A stretch of DNA of 64,000 nucleotides. It comes from Candidatus Omnitrophota bacterium. Its GTDB lineage: Bacteria > Omnitrophota > Gorgyraeia > Duberdicusellales > 4484-171. The notes below the pieces were generated by a model that did not search any database, had not been told where the DNA came from, and worked only from the letters and a program-made list of their open reading frames with translations. This document shows positions 28,772-38,515 of this stretch, one piece after another (the stretch's first letter is position 1; every line of letters begins with the position of its first letter). The translations under genes and the position numbers were made by a program. The stretch is from assembly GCA_041652815.1 (NCBI GenBank), contig JBAZGN010000004.1, positions 143,890 through 207,889 on the forward strand. The letters are read 5' to 3'.

Positions 28772-30265
28772 ATGAAATATGATGCGATAGTTATCGGTGC
28801 AGGTGTGGGCGGCCTTGCTGCGGCGCTTAAGCTTTCAGCGAGCGGGAAGAAGGTTTTGGTTATTGAAAGGCAACCCATACCCGGCGGCTGCGCAACAGCT
28901 TTTACCCGTAAAGGGTTTACTTTTGAATCCGCAATGCATTGTATTGGCACTCTCGGGCCTGATGGCGAGGTTCGGAGTTTTCTTGAGGAATTCGGTATCG
29001 ATAAAATGGTAGATTTCATTGAGCTTAAAGATTTCTGCCGCATAATCTATCCCGAGCATGATTTTGTCGTTGATTTCAGCAAAGAGAACTTCCTGAATTT
29101 CCTGAAGGAAAAATTTCCTCAGGAATGCCAGAATATAGATAAGCTTTTTTTGCGGTTGGATAAATTTTATAAGCAATTTGATAATTTTTGCCTTTCAAAA
29201 TTACCGCTCGTTTTACAACTTATTTTAAGCCCATTGATTTATCCTGAAATTATAAAACTTTCAAGCCTCACCGTAGCAGAGCTTCTTGGTAAATATCTAA
29301 AAGATGAAAAAATTAAAAGTATCATAGCGGATTTATGGAGATTTGTCGGTGTGCCACCAAGCGCGCTTTCTGCGTTTTATTTTCTGATTATTTTGCGGGC
29401 TTATTATTTCGAAAAAACCTGCTATGTAAAAGGCGGCTACAGTCAGCTTTTTAGGAAAATTGCGAAAAAGATAGAGGAAAACGGCTCGGAAATAAAATAT
29501 AACACAGCTGTTAAAACCATAGTTACCGAAAAAAATCGCGTAAAAGGTGTTATTACCGATAAAGGAGAGGAGTTTTTCGCAAAAACAATAATTTCCAATG
29601 CCAATGCGATTGAAACTTTAAGTGAACTTATTGACAACGCGGGAATTAGAGAAAAATACAGCAATGAGATAACTAGCCTGGAGAAGTCGGTGTCGGTATT
29701 CCAGGTATATTTAGGATTAACCGTACCTGCTAAAACGCTGGGAATGCGTAACTTTATGATTTCTTTAAATACCAGCTACGACCATGATAAAAGTTTTCGC
29801 GACAGCATAAGTGCAGAGCGTGATAATTGTCTTATTGAAATCGTTGACCACGCGCAATTGGATTCATCTTTAGCTCCTCAGGGTAAAGGAACGCTTCTGA
29901 TTATGACATTTGATTCGTACAAAAACTGGGAGGGATTGACTGATGAAGAATATAGGCAAAAGAAAAAAAGTCTTGCAGATAAGTTGATAAAACGGGCAGA
30001 AAAATTGCTTCCCGGGCTATCTCAACGTATAGAACTTATGGAAGTTGCTACCCCAAAGACAATGTACCGCTACACACTTTCTCCGGAAGGAGCAATCTAT
30101 GGTTTTGCTCATTCAGTAAAACAATCGGGAATATTCAGGCTAAGCCAGGAAACTTGCATAAAAGGATTGTTTCTTGCGGGCGCTTGGACTCGTCCGGGTG
30201 CCGGCGTGCATGCGTGTTTTATTTCCGGCCTTGATGCGGCAGAACTCGCGTTGAAACGCAAATAA
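28772..30265 (+). CDS. CrtI/phytoene-desaturase-family FAD-dependent oxidoreductase
   Basis: N-terminal dinucleotide fold YDAIVIGAGVGGLAAALKLSASGKKVLVIERQPIPGGCATAF. 497 aa. C-terminal GxW...PGAG typical of the CrtI / amine-oxidase fold. Confidence 0.75.
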   Translation: MKYDAIVIGAGVGGLAAALKLSASGKKVLVIERQPIPGGCATAFTRKGFTFESAMHCIGTLGPDGEVRSFLEEFGIDKMVDFIELKDFCRIIYPEHDFVVDFSKENFLNFLKEKFPQECQNIDKLFLRLDKFYKQFDNFCLSKLPLVLQLILSPLIYPEIIKLSSLTVAELLGKYLKDEKIKSIIADLWRFVGVPPSALSAFYFLIILRAYYFEKTCYVKGGYSQLFRKIAKKIEENGSEIKYNTAVKTIVTEKNRVKGVITDKGEEFFAKTIISNANAIETLSELIDNAGIREKYSNEITSLEKSVSVFQVYLGLTVPAKTLGMRNFMISLNTSYDHDKSFRDSISAERDNCLIEIVDHAQLDSSLAPQGKGTLLIMTFDSYKNWEGLTDEEYRQKKKSLADKLIKRAEKLLPGLSQRIELMEVATPKTMYRYTLSPEGAIYGFAHSVKQSGIFRLSQETCIKGLFLAGAWTRPGAGVHACFISGLDAAELALKRK

Positions 30266-30313
30266 TCACATATTTAAACGGATTAACACAGATTTAGTAT
30301 ATCGTAAATCGTC

Positions 30314-30420
30314 CATCGGTTGCCTGCCCGCCTTCGGCGGGCGAGCTCGTTTCGTCATTCGTCAGACGTCTTACGTAAAACGCAACCGTGACGAGCTGCG
30401 TAACCGCAACCGTTTGACAA
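30314..30420. repeat. variant empty copy of TIR family 1
   Basis: Right arm ACGAGCTGCGTAACCGCAACCGTTTGACAA and internal GAGCTCGTTTCGTCATTCGT match the family. Left arm is partly replaced by a CTGCCCGCCTTCGGCGGGCGAG hairpin. Confidence 0.6.
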
Positions 30421-30470
30421 ATATTATTATCTGCGATCATCTGCTTTTACCATCCGTGATCATCTGCGTA

Positions 30471-30854
30471 TTAACTCAACGTAACCAAAATTATTCCGAT
30501 TACAACGAACAACGTTCCAAACCAGCGGCTGGCACCTACTTTTTCTTTTAAAATCAATTTAGCGCTGGCTGCTATAAATATATAATGCATGCTGTCTAAA
30601 GAAAAGGCAAAATTTAAGTCAGCTTTCGAAAGAACCAGCAGGTAGAAAAGAAGTGAAAGTATACTGCATAAAAAGCCTAACCATACTCTGCGCTTTCTTA
30701 AAAGCTCGGATATAAACTTTATAAGGCTGCGTATATTTCTTGGGCTTTCGGCATCCAGGCCATTAATGGCTGATTTTAAGAATAGCTCTCTCGCCGTATC
30801 AAAAGTGTTGCTTATGGCAACTAAACCTAAAATAAGTAAAATGTTAGGATTCAT
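30471..30854 (-). CDS. EamA/SMR-fold 4-TM subunit (ArnE/ArnF-like undecaprenyl-phosphate-aminosugar flippase subunit)
   Basis: 127 aa with four TM helices. Paired and overlapping by 11 nt with a second paralogous 4-TM gene, the typical ArnE/ArnF arrangement. Confidence 0.5.
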   Translation of the reverse strand: MNPNILLILGLVAISNTFDTARELFLKSAINGLDAESPRNIRSLIKFISELLRKRRVWLGFLCSILSLLFYLLVLSKADLNFAFSLDSMHYIFIAASAKLILKEKVGASRWFGTLFVVIGIILVTLS

Positions 30855-31257
30855 TTATTTTTTCTTTACTGCTTAAAGAAGTAAGTAGTATCCCTGATAG
30901 TATGAAAAATATACCTACCCATCTTAACGGGCTGATTGTTTCTTTCAGGAATATAATTGAGCATAAAGGCACCAGTATATAGCTAAAACTTGCAACCGGA
31001 ACAGCTACGCTTAAGTCGATTTTGGAAAGTATTGTTGACCAGATAACGAATATTACTAAAACAGTGCAAATTCCCAGCCATAAAAACGGCGAAACAGAAA
31101 CTGTTTTAATAAAAGCGAAGGCATCAGCTAAATTTGTGACACTAACGCCTGTTACAGGAATAGTACTTTTTTTAAAGCAGAATTGTATGAAAGTTTCCAG
31201 AATATCTGATAAAATAAGAAACAAGAGTATTTTTAAGGTTAGTCTTTTTCTAAACAT
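30844..31257 (-). CDS. EamA/SMR-fold 4-TM subunit (ArnE/ArnF-like), partner of 30471-30854
   Basis: 137 aa. EamA-like block LSKIDLSVAVPVASFSYILV...FLKETISPLRWVGIFFILSGILL. Confidence 0.5.
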   Translation of the reverse strand: MFRKRLTLKILLFLILSDILETFIQFCFKKSTIPVTGVSVTNLADAFAFIKTVSVSPFLWLGICTVLVIFVIWSTILSKIDLSVAVPVASFSYILVPLCSIIFLKETISPLRWVGIFFILSGILLTSLSSKEKINES

Positions 31258-31360
31258 CTAATTTTTGGTGTTATAATATAAACTAGAAAGAATAATTAAA
31301 ATTATTCTATCATAAAATTATTCTGTTTCATACAAATTTATCTAATTTAAATTAAAAATT

Positions 31361-32575
31361 ATGTCTATTTTCAAAGAAATCCCTCCAACCAGCGGCTGGC
31401 CGTTTCGTATTAAGGATTTATTTTCTAAATGCACCGCCGGCAGCTTAGAGGAAGATTTTAAAAACTATCTTGGCGTTAGCGATTTATACATAACCTATTC
31501 AGGCACTGCAGCTTTATATCTTATTTTTGAATCGCTTAAAAAAATATCTCCCAAAAAAACCGTAATCATACCTTCCTATGTATGCCCGTTGGTTGCACTC
31601 GCCGCGCAAAAATCCGGCTTACGTATTAAAGTATGCGATATAAATAAAGATAGTTTTGATTTTAATTACGATTGCCTTAAAGCTTTATGCTCGACAGACA
31701 GCGATATCCTGGCTATAGTTGTAGTTCATCTGGGAGGCATTGCGTTAGACTTTGACAGGATAAATGAAATAGCCGAAGTCCATAAAATATTTACCATAGA
31801 AGATTGCGCTCACGCATTAGGAGCAAAATATAAAGAAAAAAAATGTGGAACCCTCAGTGACTTTTCTTTTTTCAGCCTTTGCAGGGGAAAAGGCCTTACG
31901 ATATACGAAGGAGGAGTGCTTGTTGTAAATAGAAAAGAGCATTCAGAAGTTGTTGCAAATACCATAAAACAAATTGTTCGCAAAAACTATTTTTCAGAGA
32001 TTATAAAAATAATCGAACTCTTGGGTTACTGGATTTTTTACCGGCCCCAACTTTTCTGGTTTGTTTTTAAATTACCGCAGATTTTTTGGAATTTAGGTAA
32101 AAATCCGGTTAAAGCATTCGGTGAGGAATATGATACTAATTTCGATACCCATAGCGTCTCCGGATTTAGAAAATTACTGGGGCATAAGAGTTTTTATCGC
32201 CTGGAAAACGAAATCTCACAGCAAAGAGAAAAAGCATTATTTTACATCGAAGCTTTACGCGCGATAAAAGGGGTTAAGGTAATGCAGGGAGATCTAAAAA
32301 CTTACGTAACTTATCCTTTTTTGGTAGTGCTTTTTGATGAAGCAAAAAAACGCAACGAGCTGCTTAAAAAAGTAGGAAATTGCGGCCTTGGCGTTTCAAT
32401 CGTTTATCTTAATGCTATTTGCGATTACTCTTACCTGAAAGATAAACTTATTTGTGAAGTTTGTGGAAACGCGTGCGATTTTTCAGAAAGACAATTAACT
32501 TTATCCACGAGTGTATTTTTAAAAAATAAAGATGCGCAATTTATAATAAATTCCATAAAGCAAGTTTTATCATAG
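31361..32575 (+). CDS. DegT/DnrJ/EryC1/StrS-family (ArnB-like) PLP-dependent aminosugar aminotransferase
   Basis: Colinear with family blocks: SGTAALYLIF...VIIPSYVCPLVA...VVVHLGG...EDCAHALGAKY...GTLSDFSFFSL (PLP Lys region GKG). Confidence 0.7.
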   Translation: MSIFKEIPPTSGWPFRIKDLFSKCTAGSLEEDFKNYLGVSDLYITYSGTAALYLIFESLKKISPKKTVIIPSYVCPLVALAAQKSGLRIKVCDINKDSFDFNYDCLKALCSTDSDILAIVVVHLGGIALDFDRINEIAEVHKIFTIEDCAHALGAKYKEKKCGTLSDFSFFSLCRGKGLTIYEGGVLVVNRKEHSEVVANTIKQIVRKNYFSEIIKIIELLGYWIFYRPQLFWFVFKLPQIFWNLGKNPVKAFGEEYDTNFDTHSVSGFRKLLGHKSFYRLENEISQQREKALFYIEALRAIKGVKVMQGDLKTYVTYPFLVVLFDEAKKRNELLKKVGNCGLGVSIVYLNAICDYSYLKDKLICEVCGNACDFSERQLTLSTSVFLKNKDAQFIINSIKQVLS

Positions 32576-32729
32576 TAGCACGGCAACGCTTAAGGTTTCT
32601 GAATAGGCTAATCGATATCGTCGAAAATACCAATAACGGTTAACTTCTTATGCTTGACTTGTAACTGCTTTTAGAATAAAATTAATTTATAACATAGCTC
32701 TTGAAACTCATAAAAACGGAGGTAGAAGC

Positions 32730-33914
32730 ATGCGAAATATTCTTATTTTTATTTTTGTCTTAATCTCAACCCTAACCTTCTTGCCAATTTCCCAAGCTCA
32801 AAATCAAGAAACCGTGACTATTGCTACTTATTACCCCGCACCTTTCGGAGTTTACAATGAATTAAGAGCTCAGAGAGTGGCAATAGGCGAACATTATGTT
32901 GACAGCACCCAGTATTGTTGGGAGGGAGTCTGTCCTGCCGCTGGAATTCCTAATATTGATTTAGCGGTAGAGGGCCAGACAAGGCTTGGAGCATTATCTG
33001 AAAACCCGCTTGCACCCGGCCCAGCCCTGCTAGTCAGAAAGCCAACTAACTCTGTTTCCGGAGATGCCTCAACTGCGGTAGCTATCTTTCGTTCTCAAGA
33101 TGCAAACTCGACAGATCCAAATCTGTATGGTGACCTTACAATCTATGGTTTTCATGATTCGAACGAAAATTATATGGATAATACAATGATGTTGTATGCT
33201 TCCAGCGGCGGCTACGCCGATAATATTGAAATAGCCGCGAGCGACCCTAATGGCACTATCCGGTTTAATACTGCCGGATCTTTGGAGGCTCACGAGCGCA
33301 TGCGGATTACAAATACCGGCAATGTGGGAATTGGCACAACCAGCCCGCAAGCAAAGTTAGATGTGAATTCAACAACTAGCGGTTTTCTCCCGCCTCGTAT
33401 GACAGAGGCGCAAAGAAATGCAATTTCTTCTCCGGCACAGGGCTCTGTTATTTTTAATACGTCCTCACAGCGAATAAATTATTATGATGGAAGTAGATGG
33501 AGATTGATGATAGGATTCGCTGGAATATATCATATCCAGCGGCGGTCGGACGCGTATGAATTTACATCGGTAGATGGTGCAACGTCGCTATTACCCTATA
33601 GCGCAAGTTGGCCCCCTAATTCAGTGCATTGCTCTACTGACAATCGAATTTGTCTGCAAAAGGGCGACAACACGACACATCCCGGAGTTTTACAGCTGCG
33701 ACTAGAGCCTTATGCTCGCAATTATTGTATTGTAACCCATAATGATGACGATGGCGGTAAGAAACTATATGTAAATCATGATAATGGAGGTAATGCGTGT
33801 AGTAATATGCCCAATGGATGCTTAATGATAAGCACTGAATCTTTTTTTTCCTACCGGCCGGATGTAGATCCCTTGGGCGCAGGCAGCGATTCGTTAGGTT
33901 TTCTTTGTTTCTAA
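32730..33914 (+). CDS. secreted protein with tail-fibre-like G-[IV]-G-T-x-x-P...KLDV motif and Cys-rich C-terminal region
   Basis: Signal peptide FIFVLISTLTFLPISQAQN. Motif NTGNVGIGTTSPQAKLDV typical of phage tail-fibre / surface adhesin repeats. Ten Cys in the last 130 aa. RBS GGAGG at 32717-32721. Confidence 0.45.
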   Translation: MRNILIFIFVLISTLTFLPISQAQNQETVTIATYYPAPFGVYNELRAQRVAIGEHYVDSTQYCWEGVCPAAGIPNIDLAVEGQTRLGALSENPLAPGPALLVRKPTNSVSGDASTAVAIFRSQDANSTDPNLYGDLTIYGFHDSNENYMDNTMMLYASSGGYADNIEIAASDPNGTIRFNTAGSLEAHERMRITNTGNVGIGTTSPQAKLDVNSTTSGFLPPRMTEAQRNAISSPAQGSVIFNTSSQRINYYDGSRWRLMIGFAGIYHIQRRSDAYEFTSVDGATSLLPYSASWPPNSVHCSTDNRICLQKGDNTTHPGVLQLRLEPYARNYCIVTHNDDDGGKKLYVNHDNGGNACSNMPNGCLMISTESFFSYRPDVDPLGAGSDSLGFLCF

Positions 33915-34036
33915 TCGTGTTCTGAAGTATTTAATCGTAGCGCTAAATATTAATTATATTTAGTTAAATCCTTCATTTTAAAAATCGGCCATTCAAAAAC
34001 CCTCCGAAATAAATCCAAGACTTAACCGAATAGAAA

Positions 34037-35812
34037 ATGAATAGCGAATTTTTACCGGTTTCAAAACACGATTTCAAAAAGCGGGGATGGGCTGAGCTTG
34101 ACATAATCCTGGTCACCGGAGACGCTTATGTGGACCACCCTTCTTACGGCGCTGCTGTTGTAGGACGCGTTCTTGAGGCAGAGGGTTTTAAGGTTGGCAT
34201 TATTGCCCAGCCTAACTGGCGAAGCACGGATGATTTTTTAAAGTTAGGCCGGCCTAAACTTTTCTTTGCGATTACTTCCGGTAACGTTGATTCGATGGTT
34301 GCAAATTATACGGCTAACAAACGCCCAAGAGCTGTGGATGATTATTCTCCCGGTTCAAGGGCAGGTCTACGGCCGGACAGGGCTTTGATAGTTTACGCAA
34401 ACAAAGTAAAACAGGCTCATAAAGATTGCCCGATAATTCTCGGTGGCCTCGAAGCCAGTCTTCGCCGGCTATCTCATTATGACTATTGGGATAATGAGTT
34501 AAGGCACTCTGTGCTTCTTGATTCAAAGGCCGATATTTTAGTCTACGGAATGGGGGAGATGCAAACGCTCGAAATAGCAAAACGCCTTAGAAGCGGAGAG
34601 AACGTTCATTCGCTCAACGATATACGCGGAACAGTAGTTATACGAAAAGATTTAACTTTGTTAGAAGATTATAAACTTATTCCTTCTTTTGAGGAAGTAA
34701 AAGAGGACAAAGATAAATACAATTTGGCGTTTCGCGAGATTTATTCTCAAATGAACCCGTTTAGCGCAAAAACAATAGCTCAAAAGCATGCTGATAGATT
34801 TATCGTACAGCTGCCGCCGGCATATCCGCTATCAACAGAGGACCTCGACCGTATATACGAACTTAATTACGCACGAAGCGGGCACCCTGTATATAACAAG
34901 CTTGGAGGAATCAAGGGTTTTGAGACCGTGCGTTTTTCGATAACATCTCACAGGGGCTGCTGCGGTATGTGCAGTTTCTGTTCGCTTTATATGCACCAGG
35001 GTCGTATTATTCAAAGCCGCAGCGAAGAATCTATTTTAAAAGAAGCAAAATTGATTTCTCGAATGCCAAATTTTAAAGGGACAATAACCGATATCGGCGG
35101 GCCAACGGCAAATTTGTATCAGGCAAGCTGCAGGCGCTGGGCAAAACAAGGCTTTTGTGAAAACAAAAATTGTATAAACCCTTCTCAATGTAAAAATCTT
35201 GAATTGGGATACAAAAAGAGCATTGATTTATACAGAAAAATTGCGCAGATTCCCGGAGTTAAACATGTTTTTATAAGCAGCGGTTTCAGGTATGATTTAT
35301 TAACCGAAGACAATGCAGAAGAATATTTAACCCAAGTTTGCAAATTCAATATCAGCGGGCAGATGAAAGTGGCACCCGAGCATATAGTTGAGGCGGTTTT
35401 AAAAAATATGAATAAACCATATGTTTCTTCGTATGAAAAATTCCTTAAAAAGCTCGATAAAATAAATATGAAGATTAAAAAAAAGACGTATCTCGTTAAT
35501 TATTTTATAGCGAGCCATCCTTCATCCGGCCTAAAAGAATCGCTTGAACTTGCTTTATATCTTTCAAAGCGAAGAATTAACCCTGAGCAGATTCAGGATT
35601 TTATACCTTTGCCGATGACTTTTGCCTCTTGCCTTTACTATACAGGTGTAAACCCCATAACTTCCGAGCATGTTTATAGCGCAAAGACATTTAAAGAGCG
35701 AAAAATGCAAAGAGCCCTTATTCAGCATAAGAACCCCAAGAATAGGCAATTAGTACTTGAGGCTTTGAGGATTTTAAAGGCTGAACATTTGGGCCGGGTT
35801 TTCTTTAAATAG
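34037..35812 (+). CDS. ygiQ: YgiQ-family (UPF0313) radical SAM protein
   Basis: Highly characteristic N-terminus FLP.SKHDFKKRGWAELDIILVTGDAYVDHPSYGAAVVGRVLEAEGFKVGIIAQPNW. Radical SAM cluster CCGMCSFC. 591 aa. Confidence 0.9.
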   Translation: MNSEFLPVSKHDFKKRGWAELDIILVTGDAYVDHPSYGAAVVGRVLEAEGFKVGIIAQPNWRSTDDFLKLGRPKLFFAITSGNVDSMVANYTANKRPRAVDDYSPGSRAGLRPDRALIVYANKVKQAHKDCPIILGGLEASLRRLSHYDYWDNELRHSVLLDSKADILVYGMGEMQTLEIAKRLRSGENVHSLNDIRGTVVIRKDLTLLEDYKLIPSFEEVKEDKDKYNLAFREIYSQMNPFSAKTIAQKHADRFIVQLPPAYPLSTEDLDRIYELNYARSGHPVYNKLGGIKGFETVRFSITSHRGCCGMCSFCSLYMHQGRIIQSRSEESILKEAKLISRMPNFKGTITDIGGPTANLYQASCRRWAKQGFCENKNCINPSQCKNLELGYKKSIDLYRKIAQIPGVKHVFISSGFRYDLLTEDNAEEYLTQVCKFNISGQMKVAPEHIVEAVLKNMNKPYVSSYEKFLKKLDKINMKIKKKTYLVNYFIASHPSSGLKESLELALYLSKRRINPEQIQDFIPLPMTFASCLYYTGVNPITSEHVYSAKTFKERKMQRALIQHKNPKNRQLVLEALRILKAEHLGRVFFK

Positions 35813-35915
35813 TTACGAAGGTTACAGCAATCAAGTGATTTCAATGTAACATTCGTAACTTAATCCTTCTGCCGAAGGCAGAAGGATTAACGTAACGTCC
35901 GTAACCTTCGTAACC
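35812..35915. repeat. nested palindrome, repeat family 4 (GTTACGAAGGTTAC...GTAACCTTCGTAAC with internal 13 bp stem TAATCCTTCTGCC/GGCAGAAGGATTA)
   Basis: Perfect 14 bp outer inverted repeats and a perfect 13 bp inner stem. Starts at the ygiQ stop codon. A partial relative lies at 19331-19380. Confidence 0.65.
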
Positions 35916-36049
35916 TACAAAAAAAGACCCCTCCCCCCGTAAAGGAGAGAGGGTCCGTGGCTTTGGCCCTCTTACGAGAGCCCTATATAAAAAATAACAT
36001 TTTTGTATGTATATATTCAATGCTTTTAGGGGGTATTTATGAAAACGTT

Positions 36050-36230
36050 TACGGTAGCGCGAATGCACGCGAACTTAAACCTTGATAGTTTTATAAAGTA
36101 TAAACACGAATATACGCTAATCAAATGCTGATAACTACGAATGAGAAACAAAGGCGGTAAAAACCATTCGCGACTATTCGTGTTAGATTCGCGAATATTC
36201 GCGTTATGGGGTTTACCCCGTTAGAGAATT
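36050..36230. promoter_or_regulatory. cluster of TTCGCGAA-type palindromic half-sites upstream of the KS/CLF operon (candidate operator region)
   Basis: GCGCGAATGCACGCGAACT at ~36057. CATTCGCGACTATTCGTGTTAGATTCGCGAATATTCGCG at ~36166-36205. The self-complementary TTCGCGAA core occurs repeatedly within 180 bp. Confidence 0.3.
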
Positions 36231-36393
36231 GGTTTTTATGTTGTTTTTACTCAAAGGTTTTGTTAAAGCAGGTATATATTTTTTCTCTAATGGGGTTTAC
36301 AAAATGTAAATTTAGGTTAAAATAATTAAGTCCCATATACATTCTGTCCAATAGGGTGGTTTTAGTTGATCGAGAAAGAGATAAAATATTAAA

Positions 36394-37638
36394 ATGAGAC
36401 AGCAGGAGTTCGTCATAAGTTCGTTAGGCATAGTTAGCCCTAATGGTATAGGAAAAGAGGCGTTTTGGAAGTCGCTTGAAGAAGGCCGTTCTGCGATTTC
36501 AAATATTGAGTCTTTTTCAACGGAGAAATTTTCCGTCAATTGCGCAGGGGAAATAAAGAATTTCGACCCGAAAGTGTTTCTTGGCCCAAAAGGCCTGCGG
36601 AATTTAGACAGAAGTTCACTGTTTTTGATGACAGCGGCAAAATTAGCACTTGATGATGCCAAACTCGCAATAACCGAATCAAACACTGACGACATCGGAG
36701 TTGTAACCGGTACAACTTTTCCGCATTTATGGTCTATGATTGAATTCGACAGAGAAGTTTTTAAGGAAGGATTGGATTTTTCAAATCCCGCGCTTTTTCC
36801 CTCAACTGTTTTAAATGCAGCTTCTTCTCAAGTGTCTATCCGTTTTAATATTCAAGGGTTTAATGCTTCTGTAAGCACAGGCTATACTTCCGGCCTACAA
36901 GCTTTAAAGTATTCGCTTATGATGCTTGAGACAGGTAAAGCCAAAACGGTTTTTTGCGGGGCGGTTGAGGCGCTCGCGCTTTCTTTATTTTTTGGTTTCT
37001 ATAAATTAGGTTATATGGCAGGAATAAACGGGCAAATGATTAGTTGCCCGTTTGACAAGCGCAGAAATGGGCCAATGTTTTCAGAAGCGGCTGCGGTTTT
37101 TTCTATAGAGCATCCTGAAACCGCACAAGCGCGTCAGGCTGAAATTTTAGCGAAGATACGAAGTGTCGCGTGCTATTTTGATGGTTTTAAGATAGCAAGA
37201 ATTCATCCGGATGGAGAAGGCCTTGAAAAAGCAATAGTAAAAGTTTTAGATGAGGCAGGTGTGGCTACAACTGATATTGATTATATTTCAAGCTGTGCCA
37301 ATTCTTCATTTGAAATGGATAAGACGGAAGTGAAAGTTTTACAGAAAATTTTTGGCGATAACCTTTCAAGGATACCAGTAAGTTCTATAAAATCAATGCT
37401 GGGAGAAACGCTTTCTGCAGCCTCAGTTTTGCAGATAGCTTCTTGCATCGGAGCGATGAAGAGCGGCATAATCCCGCCTACAATAAACTACAAAGAAAAA
37501 GACCCGGAATGTGATATTGATTGTGTTCCCAATAAAGCGCAGAAAAAGGATGTAAAATTAGCTTTAGTTGTTTCTTTCGGCCCTGGAGGGTATAATAGTG
37601 CGTGTGTTTTGGAGAAATACGCAGATGATCACGGATAA
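36394..37638 (+). CDS. beta-ketoacyl synthase-fold protein lacking the Cys-His-His catalytic triad (chain-length-factor / KS-beta-like)
   Basis: Aligned to FabF, the ATACTSG active-site Cys is STGYTSG here (Tyr). The first His block HGTST is CANSS. The second, GHxxGAAG, is GETLSAAS. Overall KS fold retained (414 aa). Confidence 0.75.
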   Translation: MRQQEFVISSLGIVSPNGIGKEAFWKSLEEGRSAISNIESFSTEKFSVNCAGEIKNFDPKVFLGPKGLRNLDRSSLFLMTAAKLALDDAKLAITESNTDDIGVVTGTTFPHLWSMIEFDREVFKEGLDFSNPALFPSTVLNAASSQVSIRFNIQGFNASVSTGYTSGLQALKYSLMMLETGKAKTVFCGAVEALALSLFFGFYKLGYMAGINGQMISCPFDKRRNGPMFSEAAAVFSIEHPETAQARQAEILAKIRSVACYFDGFKIARIHPDGEGLEKAIVKVLDEAGVATTDIDYISSCANSSFEMDKTEVKVLQKIFGDNLSRIPVSSIKSMLGETLSAASVLQIASCIGAMKSGIIPPTINYKEKDPECDIDCVPNKAQKKDVKLALVVSFGPGGYNSACVLEKYADDHG

Positions 37639-37759
37639 AAAGCAGATAGTCACAGATTATTTAAAACGTATCAGGTCCCACGTAACAGGTAACAAGTTTT
37701 TACGAACGTGATACCTGCTACTTGATACGTGTTACTTTTTAAACAATTTACGATCATCT

Positions 37760-38515
37760 GTGCAAGATATGAAAGACCTAAAAAACAAAACTGTAATTAT
37801 AACTGGGGGTTCAAGAGGGATAGGCAAGGCTTGTTGTCTTGCATTTGCCAAGGCCGGCGCCAATATAATTTTTACTTTTAACAAAAGCCAGAAAGAAGCT
37901 GACGAACTGGCTGCGCAAATTAAAAATCTTGGCGTGGAGTGTTTAAGCATACAGGCAGATGTGCGGGAATATAATCAGTGCCGTACAATTATTGAAAAAG
38001 CAATCGAACGGTTTAAGGAAATAGATGTTTTGATAAATAATGCTGGTATTACAAAAGATAAATCGCTTTTTATGATGCTTCCGGAAGAGTGGCATGATGT
38101 TATAAATACAAACCTTAACGGAACTTTCAATATGACGAAAGCCACAATCATAACCTTTTTAAAGCAGAAAAAAGGCTGCATAATCAATATGAGTTCAGTA
38201 AGCGGCATTGTGGGGCTGCCGGGACAATCGAATTACAGCGCCTCCAAGGCAGGTATAATAGGTTTTTCAAAAGCGCTGGCAAAAGAAGTCGCAGGGCAAA
38301 ATGTCCGAGTAAATGTAGTTTGTCCGGGTTTTATCGAAACTGATATGGTTGGTTCTATACGCGAAGACATCAAAAAAGAAGTCTTAAAAAGCATTCCGCA
38401 AAAACGTTTGGGAAAAGCAGAAGAAGTTGCGGATTTGTGCGTGTTCTTAGCTTCCGATAAAGCATCATATATTACAGGGGAAACAATAAAGATAGATGGC
38501 GGGTTGGCGATTTGA
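37760..38515 (+). CDS. 3-oxoacyl-ACP reductase (FabG-like SDR)
   Basis: TGGSRGIGKA cofactor motif. NNAG. Catalytic SSVSG...YSASKAG (S-Y-K). 251 aa. Colinear with FabG. Confidence 0.85.
   Translation: MQDMKDLKNKTVIITGGSRGIGKACCLAFAKAGANIIFTFNKSQKEADELAAQIKNLGVECLSIQADVREYNQCRTIIEKAIERFKEIDVLINNAGITKDKSLFMMLPEEWHDVINTNLNGTFNMTKATIITFLKQKKGCIINMSSVSGIVGLPGQSNYSASKAGIIGFSKALAKEVAGQNVRVNVVCPGFIETDMVGSIREDIKKEVLKSIPQKRLGKAEEVADLCVFLASDKASYITGETIKIDGGLAI

Noticed and set aside
35841-36068. 75-aa minus-strand ORF in the ygiQ-KS spacer
   Set aside because: It spans the family 4 nested palindrome and the GC-rich hairpin GACCCCTCCCCCCGTAAAGGAGAGAGGGTC. Composition is repeat-driven, with no RBS.
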